Assembly (NCBI GenBank): GCA_008632985.1
Contig: QPGO01000108.1
Location: forward strand, 176,476-240,475
Reading direction: 5' to 3'
Source of the DNA: Psammoneis japonica
Lineage: Eukaryota
Length of the DNA: 64,000 nt
Below, piece after piece: positions 1-13,115 of the stretch. Positions within the stretch are counted from its first letter, which is position 1, and each line of letters opens with the position of its first letter. Below the pieces are notes generated by a model that was not told the origin of the DNA, ran no database searches, and saw only the letters and a list, made by a program, of their open reading frames with translations. Made by a program: the position numbers and the translations under genes.

Positions 1-889
1 GTGCAATATAGCACAGACTCCTCTTACCTAATTTTGGGTCTTCCTTATACTTCCGTGGGACCATGCAGTGCCCGTGCCTTTGCTTAAACGCTTCAAGACG
101 ACGAAACATGATATTCCACGTTTCGTTGTAGGTCGAGTTCCAATTGATCCCGATGCTCTCAAGTCGACGGACACGTTCTGGGCTGAGTTTTCCTTGTCTC
201 TTCAACTTCTTTTGGTTTCGAATCCAACGACCCAGTTTTGGGAAGTCCCGTTCCTTTAGAAGGCAGCTGCCTCCATTCCTGCGACGGTACATATCCAATT
301 CATCAAACATGGATTCCCAAGAAGGAGGTGGCCGTGCTGGTTGTTCTTCTTCGTGATCTCGGCGACGATTGTTGGAGGGCGGGATGGTGGTGTCATCATG
401 AGTGCTACCACTTAAAACAACTTCAGTGCTATAATGAAGGGGCGGTGTCAAAGAAGAGGACCCAACAACAGCAGCGTATGGTGCTGCTGTTCTTCTGGCT
501 TGTTGGGGAATTACTATGCCGCTGGCGCCTCCTACTGCAGAACCAGATATGGCGGCTTCCGTAGCAGCTGCTGCCAGCATCATCGTGTTTCTTCTTTGAT
601 GGTCACTTATATGTTGCAACCTCGCTTCTAGTAGTAGTCTTTCGACTACCGATGTGGCTGCCATTGGGTAAGCTGGCAGCATGTTGGGTGGGGCGCCAAC
701 AAGAAAGCCTAAAACGCCTGTGTTGTAAAGATGTGCAGGCACACTACTAGTCGTTCTTACCAGTTGCCAAGGAGGATAAGGGACTATCGATTGTGGCACT
801 AGATTATACTCTGGAACTGATTGGCTCAAATCAGGAACATTATTTGTCTGTTGTTGCGATGAACGGCGACGGGGTTGTTGGGATGCCAT
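1..889 (-). CDS. Helicase-associated (HA, PF03457-type) domain protein, partial (continues off the window edge)
   Basis: Hand-translated minus frame from ATG at 889, with no stop before the window edge (so absent from the ORF track): ...PSWESMFDELDMYRRRNGGSCLLKERDFPKLGRWIRNQKKLKRQGKLSPERVRRLESIGINWNSTYNETWNIMFRRLEAFKQRHGHCMVPRKYKEDPKLG = tandem HA repeats. Probable intron donor GTAAG at 27. Confidence 0.85.
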   Translation of the reverse strand, partial: MASQQPRRRSSQQQTNNVPDLSQSVPEYNLVPQSIVPYPPWQLVRTTSSVPAHLYNTGVLGFLVGAPPNMLPAYPMAATSVVERLLLEARLQHISDHQRRNTMMLAAAATEAAISGSAVGGASGIVIPQQARRTAAPYAAVVGSSSLTPPLHYSTEVVLSGSTHDDTTIPPSNNRRRDHEEEQPARPPPSWESMFDELDMYRRRNGGSCLLKERDFPKLGRWIRNQKKLKRQGKLSPERVRRLESIGINWNSTYNETWNIMFRRLEAFKQRHGHCMVPRKYKEDPKLGKRSLCYIA

Positions 890-3800
890 GCTGAAGCGAA
901 AAAATAAGAATGGATGATGAATAATAAATCCGCGTCGACGCACCCGAAGGAAGCACGTCAGAATTCGGCAGGTTTTCACGTTCAGTGTGGCAATAGAGGC
1001 ATTAATTTACTTATGGATAATGCATTACCATTTGATTTAACGACTGAACTATTACTAAAACGGTTGCAACTCGTAAAACTTCATTGAATATACATACGCT
1101 TATGTTAATTATCAACCCCATAAAATGTCTCTAGGCTTTTCATCAGTCAAAACATCTAATCTACCGCCCCACGGTAGTAAGTGTCGTACCAGTGAGGCTG
1201 TTGGCACCTGTCGTAATCGTAGTTTTCGGAATAAATGGGCATGCTACAAGGCATTCGTGAATGACGCTTATTGTCATAGTAAGCGGTCCCACGTTTCTTC
1301 AGGGGCAGTTGCTCTCTTCCACACTGCACTGAATCGAGTGCTGTCAAACCGTGACGGTTACATGTACGCGACTGGCGACTGCGACACTGCGACCTGCTGT
1401 GCTGCATGCGAGCGAGCACATGTGCACGACTTTCGTGGAGGCACATTGTGACTTTATTTGGGGGTTTTGGGCCATGTGAGAACGTTGCCATGTTGGGGTG
1501 CAGCTCAACACAATGAGAGTTCCTTTGTTGCCAGACTTTTGGTTGCTTTTGGTCTCTTGAAAAAAAAATGGAGAACCAGCTCCAGACGTCCTCTGGCCCT
1601 GTCTCGGTTGGGGCTCCATCATCAGAGCCAAATTTGGAGGGTTCTCCACCTGGCTGACCGGCAAGCTGGGGTTTGAGAAAAGGCAGCACACACATTTGTT
1701 TGTGACAAATCAGTCAGATTTGTTGCAAATTGCCCCATTTCATCATGAATTGGTGTGATCTGACAACCTGAGTTTGCCAACAACAAATGCCTGGGGTTGC
1801 AAGCCAACGCATTGTCTGCCCAGCCAGCACAGCGTGAAATGCAGCTGCCAGCTTTTGCACTCACAAAATGTTCAATTTGATGGCAGTGGAGTGTTGCCAT
1901 GGAGTTTCACATCAAGGGGGGTCATCCCTGCACCCACCCTAGAATTGCCGTGGCATTTGAATGAGGACATTTGCGGCACTTGTTTTTGAGTGCAAAAGTT
2001 GCTTGCGCTCACCCCAGTCATGCACAAAAACAAGAGCATCACAGGCACCATGATCAAAGCACAACTGTGATGGCAACATTGACATTTCTCCAAAATGCAG
2101 CGGTCCATCATCCTCAAACATTTGATGCACGTGCAACCTTTGGCACACAACGAACATAAAATGAATGAGAAATGGCAGACAGACCATCTCCAGTTGCAGA
2201 CTCATGGCTTGATGTTTTCACCACAGTGAAGCATGGTAAAATTCAGGAAAAATCATGCAAATCATGAGCTCTTTGGCCAAATTTGAGCTTGAAAAAAGCA
2301 GCAAATGAACCCCCTTGGAAAATGTGAAAAAGCACTTGCAGGCACTTTTGTCTGCCAAGCCGCCATCAACTGAAGCTTGCAGATCTCACTGCAGCTCACC
2401 ATGTGGTCTCCCTTGTTGTCTCAGTTGTCAAGTCCTTCTCTCACTTGCCATCTGCTGCTGGCTGCAATTGTTCCATGCAAATCTTCCCATTCTTGGCTCA
2501 GCCATTTGCTCACAACATCTCATTTGATTTCTGAGGCCAGCTCCTCAAAAAACTTGTTGGCTCTTGGCAACTGCCCCTTGCTCTTCCTTGGCATTTTGCA
2601 TTGTCTCTTGTGCCTGTGCCTTGCTCTGCTGGGCTCAAGTTGCTTGCTGCAAAGTGCTCAAGTCATCTTGTGCACTTTCTCTCTTTTTTGCTGTGACTTC
2701 CTTTTCCATGGGCCCCTTTTTAAGAGACGCTCTCAAGCTCATTCACAACATCTGTCAGAGCTGAAAAATGGCACAATGTTGGTGCCACTTTTGCATCTTG
2801 CTTGATGGCAATGCCACAGCCATGCTCACAGTGAAATTTGTCTTTGCGCAGCACATCTTTTTCCTCCAATTGGCTCACATCAAACGCGAATGTGACACTC
2901 AGAAATGCCTTTTCTTTGACATGGTCTCTCACCTTGACAATGTCTCTGCCAACCTTTTTGTGATCAACCATCTGCTTGCTTGGGTTGGTCTGTCTTTGAG
3001 CTGCAGTTGCTGTGTTTCTTTGCTGTTTTTTGTGTTGTGTCTTTGCCTGCATGCACTGCAGTGCTGCTTTGCATCACTGCAAGTGCTCCAGCAGATTCAA
3101 AATTGTGCCCCCAAGTTTTGGGGGCATTTCAATTGTTTGCAGCTGCATGTGCAAATGGCGCAAATTCAAATGTTTTCTTTTTCAGCAACCTGGCACCTGC
3201 TGCTTGTCATTGGCAAAGAGAGTCAGCACCAGTGATTCTGTGCTCACTGCACTGCACTGTGATTGGTCAGAAGAAATGGCCTCTTCTTCTTTGTCACCAG
3301 AGCAGAATCTTCAGAATCTTGCTGGGAAAAGGGTCTGGTGCTTCTTCCTCCATGCCGCAATTGTTGAACCAAGAAAGAGAGTCATCAAGGTGCTCAGGCA
3401 AATTCTGTGCACTGTCATTCCCATTCATCCATTCCTTGCAAGTGCACACTGAGGGGCACACAAATCTCACTCCGTTGACATCAGCAAAAATGAGAAAAGC
3501 AAAAATTGACAGGGTGAGATTCATGTGGAAGTCTCACAAAATCTGGAAAATGTTGTTGCTCTTGTTCAGAACTGAGATCTGTGATTGATGAGAAGCCAAT
3601 GTTCTTGACAAGTTCTTGTCAAGACTTGTGTCAAAGAGGTTTTGACAATCAAGCAAATCAGCATGGCAGGAAATCAGAGTCAGCAAAATTTGCTCCAACG
3701 ACAAATGTTGTCTTGAAAAGATGAGCTTTGCAAATGTTGACAACAGAACAGTTGCAAGTGACTGTGGTCAGTTTTTCATCTCAACAACAGCGCATGTGCA

Positions 3801-4329
3801 ACAAGCTCAAGTTGGTGACATGGTTCATTTTTGAGAACAACCATGCAAATTTGCCTTGTCAATTCTCTCTTTCATTGTCTGCGCGTGCTGCAGACAATTG
3901 ATTTGTGCTGTTTTCAATGTGGGTTTCCATCAACAATGACTTTCTGTGCAGCAAGTTCTCATTCTCTGCTTCCCCTTCCTTGCATTTGCTCTGTTGTTTC
4001 CCTTCATTTGCCCACTGTCTTTCACTGTCTGTGTGGCATCATCTCACTGTTTTTTGCTGTGCTGGTGTCATGTCATGCTCCAATTGGCACCCATGCTCTG
4101 ATCAGTGTCCAGCTGCCATGATGCATCTTTCAACAATGGCCAGCTTCTGTGCGTGTTGTTTGTCACCCATGGGATGCCATGCCAATGCCTGCCATGAGAA
4201 AGCAGAGAAGTCATGGGCTTCACATGTTTGGTTTGGCAACTGTTTCACAATTGTGCTGCTTGCTGTTGTTGGGCACTGCAAGGCTGATCTCATGGTGGCA
4301 TGGCAATGTTGTCACCAACAGCAACAGCA

Positions 4330-5770
4330 GACTTGACTTTCCCAAGTGCAAAGTGCAAGGATCCCACATCACAGCACCAACCAACCTGACAAATGCCAGC
4401 AGAGAGCACTGGCAGTGTTTGGCAGACCCCGGGCAAGACTTTAAGAGTGCAGTTGGGTGCTGCAAGGTTGATCTTGTGGTGCTGCGGCCTTGTGTCATGA
4501 TGTGCCCAACAGGGACAGAATTGAACTTCCAAATTCCTGAGTGAAAGGACCCCACAACGGCACCAACCAACCTCACAACTGCAAGCTGAGGACAGCATTG
4601 GCGGCCTTTGGTGGGCCACAGGTGACAATTTGAGAGCCATGGCTGAGCATTGCAAGGTTGATGTTGCGGTGTTGTGGCCCCATGTCACCTTGTCCCCAAC
4701 AGTGCCAGACTTGAACTTCCAGACTCCAGAGTGCAGGGATCCCATGGCAACACCGACCAACCCAACATCTGCCAGCAGAGGGCACTGGCAGAGTCTGATG
4801 GCACTGGCGGTGTTTTGCAAATCAAAGGCAGCACTTTAAGAACTGTGGCTGGACATTGCAAGATTGGCGCTGTGGCTTTGTGGCCCCATGTCACCTTGTG
4901 CACAACAGAAGCAGACTTGAACTTCCAAACTCCACAGTGGGAGGATCCCACAATGGTGCCAACCAACCTCACAACTGCAGGCTGAGGGCACTGGCAGTGT
5001 CTGATTTGCACCAGGTGTGTGAGTTCAAGAACTGTGGCTGGGCATTGCAAGGTTGATCTTGTGGTGCTGTGGCCCCATGTTTCCTTGTCCCCGATGGGAG
5101 CAGAGACTTGAACTTCCAAACTCCTGAGTGAAAGGATCCCATGATGGCACCAACCAACCTGACAACTGCAAGCTGAGGACATTGGCAGTCTCTGGTGGGT
5201 TCCAGGTGACAGATTGAGAACTGTGGTGGTTGAACATTGCAGGGCTGATCTTTCAGAGTTTTGGCCCCATGCCACCTTTTCCCAAAAAGCAGCAGACTTG
5301 AACTTCCAAACTTCAGATGGTGCAGGGATCCCATGAAGGTGCCAGCCAATCCAACAACTGCCTGAAGAGGGCACTGGTGGTGTCTGGAAGATCACAGGTG
5401 GCACTTTAACAAGGTGTGCTGGACATTGCAAGGTTGGCATTGTGGATTTGTGGCCCCATGTCACCTTGTGCACAAAAGGAGCAGACTTGAACTTCAAAAC
5501 TCCACAGTGGGAGGATCCCACGATGGTGCCAACCAACCTCACAACTGCAAGCTGAGGGCACTGGCAGTGTCTGATTTGCGTGAGGTGTGTGAGGTCAAGA
5601 ACTGTGGCTGGGCATTGCAAGGTTGATCTTGTGGTGCTGTGGCCCCATGTCACCTTGTCCCCAATTGGAGCAGAGACTTGAACTTCCATGCTCCAGTGTG
5701 AAAGGACCCCATGATGGCACCAACCAACCTGCCATCTGCCAGCAGAGGGCACTGGCAGTGTCTGGTGAAC
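4330..5770 (+). repeat. Tandem array of about 8 diverged ~190-bp units
   Basis: AGACTTGAACTTCCA-like anchor recurs at about 4330, 4517, 4707, 4913, 5104, 5294, 5483 and 5674. Segments at about 4880-5200 and 5450-5760 form a close higher-order duplicate. Confidence 0.9.
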
Positions 5771-7839
5771 ACCCAGGGCAAGACATCAAGACTTTTTGTT
5801 GGGCAAAATGCTGTTGATCTTTTGTTGAGGATTGAATGATCCTGTCTTTTCAATCCAGCAGTGCCACACAAAACCAAGATCACATGAGTGCCATGTCTGC
5901 CGCAGCTCCTTGACTCTCTCTGGTGCATCCACTCAAGCAGAGGAGCTGGCATGTTTTGTTGTGACTGCTGAAATCAAACCTTGAGGGGAGGGTGGGGGGC
6001 ATGCACTGCACTTGGCTCTTCTGAGGATTGCAGTGTGGATCTGGCTGAGTTGGAAAAAAGACTTGCACTGTGATGCAGAAGCCAAGGACTGAATTTCTGC
6101 AGTTGACTGCACTGGGGGAAGCAAAGGAGGTGACAAAGAAAGCCAAGAAAATTCCAAGCAATGTGGTTGACTCGACTGGACAAAACAATGCAGTGCATGT
6201 CAAACTCATGTTGGAGCCAAAAGCTGGCAAGCACAAGGATCTGCCAAAGACACTGGTCAAACAAATGGGGTGGAAGGTTTGCAAGATGCACAATGGAAAC
6301 CTGAAAAAGCATTTGCACAGCTTGAGTCCAACCCTGCCTCCAGGCCACACATTGTGCCACCAAAAATGCAAGCAATGAAAGACCTCATGTGCTTGTCCAA
6401 ATTCCAAGTCTCCTGCACCCAGACAAACCATCTGACCCAATCCTCTCATCCCCAGCAAGCCATGTCATCCTTGTCTCTGCTCAATTCAAGCCATGTCCCT
6501 CTTTGCACATGAAGAATGAGGTGGCACATGTCATGCATTGCTGGACCATCCAAGACTCTTTTTGTGGTGCCTCTCTGCACATCACTTGACAAGATCAGGA
6601 TTTACAAAATGAAACATTGCACATTTGATGGCACTGCAGCCATGATCATCCATGAACATCAACCACTGCAAACAAAATGCCAGATGTGTGACTTCAAACA
6701 GGCAGCCCCAGCGAAGTTGTCTGTGAGTCAAATGACACAACAAAGCATGGTTGTCAAGCTCAACACTTGTGAAAGTTGTGTGTGTGGAGATTTTAATTGC
6801 AAATGTGAAAACTGCAGTCATTGTTCATTGATTTGGGGGACGTCTTTGGAATTAAGACTGTCAAAGAACATTGCACTGCAGAATCTGCACCAAATCAGTC
6901 TGTCAATCAGTGAGATTGGGTGTGTGGGACCTCTGGACAGATCCTGCGTGTTTTCTTGTGCACACAAATTGTGCTGGGAAACCCCCAAATGCACTGGTGA
7001 TCAGACTGCTTTCAACGATCTCACTTCCAAAGATGCCCCCAGATTGTTCTTCTTGTCAAGTGCAGAAAAATGTTGCAAATGAGAAAGGAAAAATTTTTCA
7101 ATGCAAGCCATGTTGCACAATGGACCAAGTGGATCTTTTGTGAGGTTGCCTCACTCTGGGCGCTCTCTGCTGTGTGTCGCACCAGTGTCAGACTTGGCCA
7201 AAGTGAGAAAAAAATGACAGGCAGAAGCCACATGGAAGTGTCATGACAAGGACAAAAAAATTGTGGTGCAAGCCACTTTGCACAACAAACCAAGTGGGTT
7301 TGTGGATGCCTCACAAGGGGAGCTGCCCTGACAACTGAGCATGATGTCAACACTCAACATGAAATTTTCAAAAAATTCTCCACACTGAAGTCATTGAGCA
7401 ATGAACACATGATTGCCAACAGAAAAGGAGGCAATTTTGCAAACACATCTCCTCCTCCACACTTGGAGCACATCATTTCTGCTTGAAGTGATGCTGCTGG
7501 GCAGTTGTGGCTGTTGTCACATCTGAGTCAAGATCTGAAAGATAAAATGTCTTGGTTGTGGGGCAATGGTTGCATGCACACTGAACAAAAATGGGGCAAC
7601 AAAGAAAAGAAAAAGCAGCGCGGGCCACTCAAAAATGTCTCGCGTCAGTCGCAGCTGACACCTTGCACACAAGAAAAATGCGTGGTCATGCTGAAATGCA
7701 CACACAATGTCATGCAAGAGAGTGGTCAAAGCCAGTGACTTTGCGGGGGCTCAACTGAAATGTCATCTGATCTAAGGCATTTTGATCTTTTGATCAGACA
7801 ACGTTTCAATTGATTTCCTGAGAAGTTGACATTCAGATG

Positions 7840-7968
7840 TGGACAGACAGACAGACAGACAGACAGATGGACAGATGGACAGATGGACAGATTGACAGAT
7901 GGACAGATGGACAGATTGACAGACAGACAGACTGACTGATTGACTGACTGACTGACTGACTGACTGAC
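7840..7968 (+). repeat. Compound tetranucleotide microsatellite (GACA/GATG/GATT/GACT)n
   Basis: Directly visible. Confidence 0.95.
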
Positions 7969-9217
7969 AATGACTGTTTTTTGTTCTGTCCTGCAAAATG
8001 TCCTGCTGAGAGATTTCGGCATGTGGGAAGAATGAAAGAGGTGGCCGCCAGAGGCGGCCCAGAAGAATAAACTGAAAAGGAGAAAAAGGAGAAGAGAGAG
8101 AGGAAAAGAAGGAAAAAGGAGAAAAAGGGAAGATGTTGCAGGGCTGTCAACTTGCGGCCCTTGGCTGGGCTTCTGCCTGCAAAGCAGCTTGTCTGTGACT
8201 TGAGGTGCTGTGGTTTTACATGCTTGACAGCAAAGCTCCCACAGCACGCTGGAGAACTGTGCAGTTGTGTGGCATCTTTTGTGAGGAGTGTTTTGCTGCC
8301 AGCCCATCATGGCTTTTTGGGCAGCCTGTTTTCCAAGCCTTGCCCTGCCAGCTTTGTGGCCACTGCTGCGGATCTGTGTCTTCTTTGTTCTCCAAAATTC
8401 AATGCACACTTTGGCGGGTTTGGCCCCACTGTGTTCAAACAATTCTCTGAAGTTTCCAATCGAGAAGATGCAGTGTCATCCTCTTCAAAAGATTTTTGCA
8501 AAGATCCCTGGCAGCAAGCACTGGCCTTCCCCACCCATGCTTTCAGAAGTGCCTGTCTTGACAAATTCACAGCATCTCTCCCAAAGCATCTGTGGATGCT
8601 GCGCCCAAATTTTGGCCTCATGCATCACAAAATCTTGAGAGAATTTGCGAGATTCACCCCATCACGCACCGCCACCTTTGTGGATTTCCAGTGCAGCCAT
8701 GGCTTCTGCAGCAGGCTGTTGACAAACATGCAAAGCAAGTTCCCACTGGGACCTCAAATTGACCTGCAGCCTTCTTCATTCTGGCTGCACCCTCCCTGCT
8801 TGAATTCTGGGTGGCCAGTTGAGCAAAACCTGGCTCTGTCTGTGTTTTTCAGTCCATGTTTCTGGCTTTGTCACATGTGGTGCAAAGTGCCCTCAGGAAA
8901 ATGCTTGTGGTTGTGCTTGCCCAATGCTGTCCCATCAGCCAGTGCCTTGTGGCGCAGCCCAGTGCTTTGCTTGCTGGTCTGGTGTCTTCAAGAAGCAAAC
9001 CACACACCCCATTCTTGCCCAAAGAGGGGGGGGCAATCAGACCGATGCACATGCCTGAAAGACACCCTGTGTCATCAGGAGGTTCCACGATGAGAAAACG
9101 AGTGAGACGAATGAACAACACCACATCAGCTGCAACGTGTGAAAAAGTGGGAGCAAGATTTTGCGAGCGTGTCTTGGTTGTTGCGAGTGTTGCGCGAAGC
9201 CTTGTTGATGTCGAATC

Positions 9218-9385
9218 TACGCCACAACATGCTGACTTTGTACGCCACAAAACTTCAAAAATTTATTGCTTTTGCACTGGGTCTACGCCACAGGCGCATG
9301 TAGAAACTTGTGTAAAAATCACGTACGCCACTGTGGTGCAAAATTTGTGTACACCCTGAACCATTCTACGCCACTGGTGGCGTAG
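9218..9385. promoter_or_regulatory. Cluster of TACGCCAC motifs ending in an inverted pair (putative protein-binding site or element terminus)
   Basis: TACGCCAC at 9218, 9241, 9284, 9324 and 9367; CTACGCCAC-TG-GTGGCGTAG palindrome at 9366-9385. Confidence 0.5.
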
Positions 9386-11010
9386 GCTCTGGTGTGTTTT
9401 TTATGCTTCTGACTTGAATTTTTCCGTACGCAATGACTGTGAGATCTGCGACAATTCCCACTGCAACTGCCAATGGGCAAGCATGCATTTCAGTCAGAGA
9501 TGGGCTGACATGCACAGCAAGAAATCCAAGACTGCACTCCCACCTGCCCTGCACAACTCTCAAGAAAGACAAGACATTGTTCAAGAGCTGTGCTGTGCAA
9601 AAAAATGTTGAAAGTTGTTGAGTGGGTGGCCCAACAGCTGCACTGCAAAATGATGCAAAATGCCACCCAAGTCGTGCACCAAAAGAACACACAGCGCATC
9701 TTAAAAAATGTCAATGTCACAGCTCAGCAGCAGCGCAAGGTCCCACCCAGAGCCAGAGCATGCTGCCTGTCCTTCCCTTGTTTTGGACTGCAACTGTGAC
9801 CTGTGCTTTAGATGACAGCCCTTTTTTGCCATTGTTGGCATGGAAAATGATGTCAAGACCATTGTTGCATGTGGCATTGCTTGCTTTGTGCCAGCAAAAC
9901 CTGTGGCAACAGGGCCGCTGTCTCTTTGGGGCACTGCAAGCAACAGGCAGACAGGAGCTCAGATGAAATGAACAACAAATCCAGCCATGGTCACCAAGAA
10001 TTGGTGCAATCCAGCAGAAACATGCAACGCAGCAATCAACAGGAAATCCAGAATTGCACATTGATTGACTGTGCGGCCCGCTGTTTTGGCAATGCGCAAC
10101 AGTGACAGGCTCGCTCAAACCCACTGCATGAAATTCTGCATGGGAGGGACACCATGGATGAGCAATTTGACCGGTGTTTGTCCGCCATCCAATTCCTCTG
10201 TGGTTTTTGTGGAACAAAAAAGAAACCACCAACCAGGGTGACTGCACTGTTGCGATGGCATCAATGTTGAATGCAGAGCAGCGGGCATCATGCTGGTCAC
10301 ACCTGGAGTGCTCATTCAAGCACTGTTGCATGTGGCATGAAGATTGCCACCTGAATTGTTCAATTGTGTTGAGCATTTTGCTTTTCCTGCTCTCATGCAT
10401 TTTCACATCCATTTTGGCAAAAAGCATGGAGGCACCAAGCAAGCTGTTCTTGCCAGCAGAAGCAACAATTGGAGGGCACCTGCTGCTGTGACTGTGCAGG
10501 TGATCAGGCATGGAGGCAACTCAGCTGAAGCCAAACCTGCCAGTGTCCTTCTTGTCCTCCCTCCATCCACAAAGACAAAAAGAAAGTGGTGGGGAAAATG
10601 ATGGCAGACACAAACTGCAGTGGGTGCAGAGAGGAACAGACAGAGGAGAACAGATGGCAAAAGCAGAGCCAAGAATGTTTGTCCAATGGTTGGGTCCATT
10701 GAAGCAGATGTGTTTTCTTCCAAGGTGTCCAGTGCACTCATCACTTGTGTGGATGGCTTGCACCAATCACCAACTCCTGCTGATGAAAGCCACTCCTCAT
10801 GCAGGGAACAATGTTTGCTCCAACAAGGACATCTCTGCCAAGTCCCAGACACAGATGCTCTCCAGGATTTTCAGATGCTCCGCCTCTGTTTGGTGCTGCA
10901 TTGAGCACAGCAGAGATCACTGCTGTCAACAGATGATCAACCACATCTTCAAGATGAAATTGGTCCATGGATTTCAGTCATTTTCCTGCATCTGCAACTT
11001 GCAAAACAAA

Positions 11011-11523
11011 ACAAAACCTGGTTTCAAGTGCTGTCACACCTTTGTCCAGCAACAAAGGAACACTCACATCAACACTTGTCAGTGCCACAACAGAAGAGGT
11101 GCTTTCACCTGATGGAGCAAAGCACTTGATTGGCCAATGGAGACAAAGAAGGTTGTTGAGGACCAATGGGTGTGGGTGCAAGCAGTTCGGCGGAGCATTG
11201 TCACAGTGATTGTTGGCAGTTGGAACTTGTTGCTGACGCACGCAGAACTTCTGCTGGAATCCATGTGGCAAATTTCTTGAGTCTGCAGAAAATTACAAAA
11301 AAGATCAATGAGCATGTGAACCATGAGGAGTCAAGATCAGTCATTTTCCACTTGGAAACATCACTTGACACGCTGAGACAAGGGTGCGCCATCACTGTGG
11401 TTGAAATGGGCAGAATGGTTTCAGGAGACCCAGCACAGTGCCATCTGAGAAAGGCCACATCAGCACAAGAAGGTGCACAGAAACACGTGCAGGGGCTGCT
11501 GGTGCACATTTGCCTCAAAAAGT
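11011..11523. mobile_element. TIR-less long-TSD element, copy A (short, apparently internally deleted)
   Basis: Both ends are homologous to copies B and C. Flanked by GCAACTTGCAAAACAAA (10994-11010) and GAAACTTGCAGAACAAA (11524-11540). Confidence 0.7.
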
Positions 11524-13115
11524 GAAACTTGCAGAACAAACGAGACATCCCTGACCCCAACCCTTGCTGCTGGCAAGACTGCCCAGCATCAAGCAATGAG
11601 ACAGGGGTGGATCACTTCAGGTCAGAGTTCAGTGCAATGAAAGAGGAACTTGGAAACTTCAACAATGACTTTTAAGAGGCTGGTCACCAGAGAAGCTGGA
11701 TGATGATTCTGCCTTTTCTGGCTCTTCACGTCTTTCCCGCTCCCCGACAGCAGCGGACACTTTTTCAATCTGGCAGCTTCAGGTGAGATGGGTTTCCTTG
11801 CTGCCTCAGCCACAGATTTGCATGGCGACAATGACTTGCACTGCAAGCAGCTGGGTTGCATGAATTGAGGCTTGCTTCAAGGATTGAGCAAAAAGACACT
11901 TTGGTTGCAGATGCCACGTGCTCATGATCAGCTCTGTGCGGCCTGCCGCACAGCTCATGATTTGCACTTCAAAACAACACAGTGTCAGTTTCCCTAACTT
12001 GCATGCACCCACACACACTCTGTGTGTTGCTGCTGCACACACTGCCCCTTGCTGCAACTTCATTTGGCAGCTGGTTGGTTGGCGGAAACCTCGTCTGAGC
12101 CCAAGCGAATCTGGGAGCAAGCTTGGCGCTCATCCGTGAGACAATGACAATTTTTCCCTGGTGCCACCTGACTCCTCCGAGGAGCTTTCAAACATGGCCT
12201 CCTTTCCACAGTTTGTCCAATGAGGCATTGCAACTTCTCATCCGATCGAACTGCTTCAGAAGGCGGTCAAAAAGCACCGACACGGCAGAGGTGCATAAAT
12301 CGTCTGTTGTCGTTCGCACATGTTTATGACCAGAACATGTCCTGCCGTACCGCATACCTCTAGTAGCTAGGCCCTATGCCCTACAGTACAGTGTGGTGCG
12401 GTAAACCTTCATCACAACGATGATGATTCCATCCAACGTGCGCGCCGGCACCTCCCTCGTTGAAGCACGAGCACTGTAAAGTGATAGTTCAGTAAAGTGA
12501 TAGTACCGTAAAGTGACAGTAGAAGCAATAGCGTTTATACGCATTTATAGCCATAAATGATACATTAAAATTTTAAAAAATATCGAGCATAAGAAATTCA
12601 AAAGAGAGATTTTGAAATCCCGTCTCCTCAATTTTTTGGTCACAATCTGTTTTTCAGAGAGAAATACAGCATGAGAAAATTTGCCGAGGCTTCTTCATGC
12701 ATAATGAAGTTCTGTGTGCAATCTTGGTGCAATCAGCTCCATCTTCACTTTTCCTTTTATTGGTCCATGTATGAGATGATTTCAGATTGAGAGGCAGGAT
12801 TCTCCGCTGGAGAACAGGATTTGCTGTTGGGGCCTGCTCACAATTCACATTCCAACATCTAGCGACAACAGCAATAGCAACATTCTGCAGTTAAAGGATT
12901 TGCTTCTCAGCACCTCCCCTTGCAAGCAATACCACGCGGTTCACATTGGAGGTGAGAAGCATGTGTCAACTGGTTTGAAGGTAACAACTTCGCAGTCTTG
13001 TGCACGGCAACTGTCGATTTGCTCCCACGTTGTATGCAGCACTCCCGCTAACCGGTGGTGCTTTGTTATCTCACCTGTCCAAATGACTCAATGTAGCTCT
13101 TCCCACCAACATAAA

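Larger units (their letters stand above)
1450..9090. mobile_element. Degenerate repeat/TE-derived block, family unassigned, CpG- and TpA-depleted
   Basis: Near absence of CG and TA; TG/CA-rich; only Tyr-free, Cys/His-rich spurious ORFs; internal tandem repeats. Confidence 0.6.

Noticed and set aside
4330..5770. CRISPR-like array
   Set aside because: Whole units are homologous, with no unique spacers; eukaryotic context; no cas genes.
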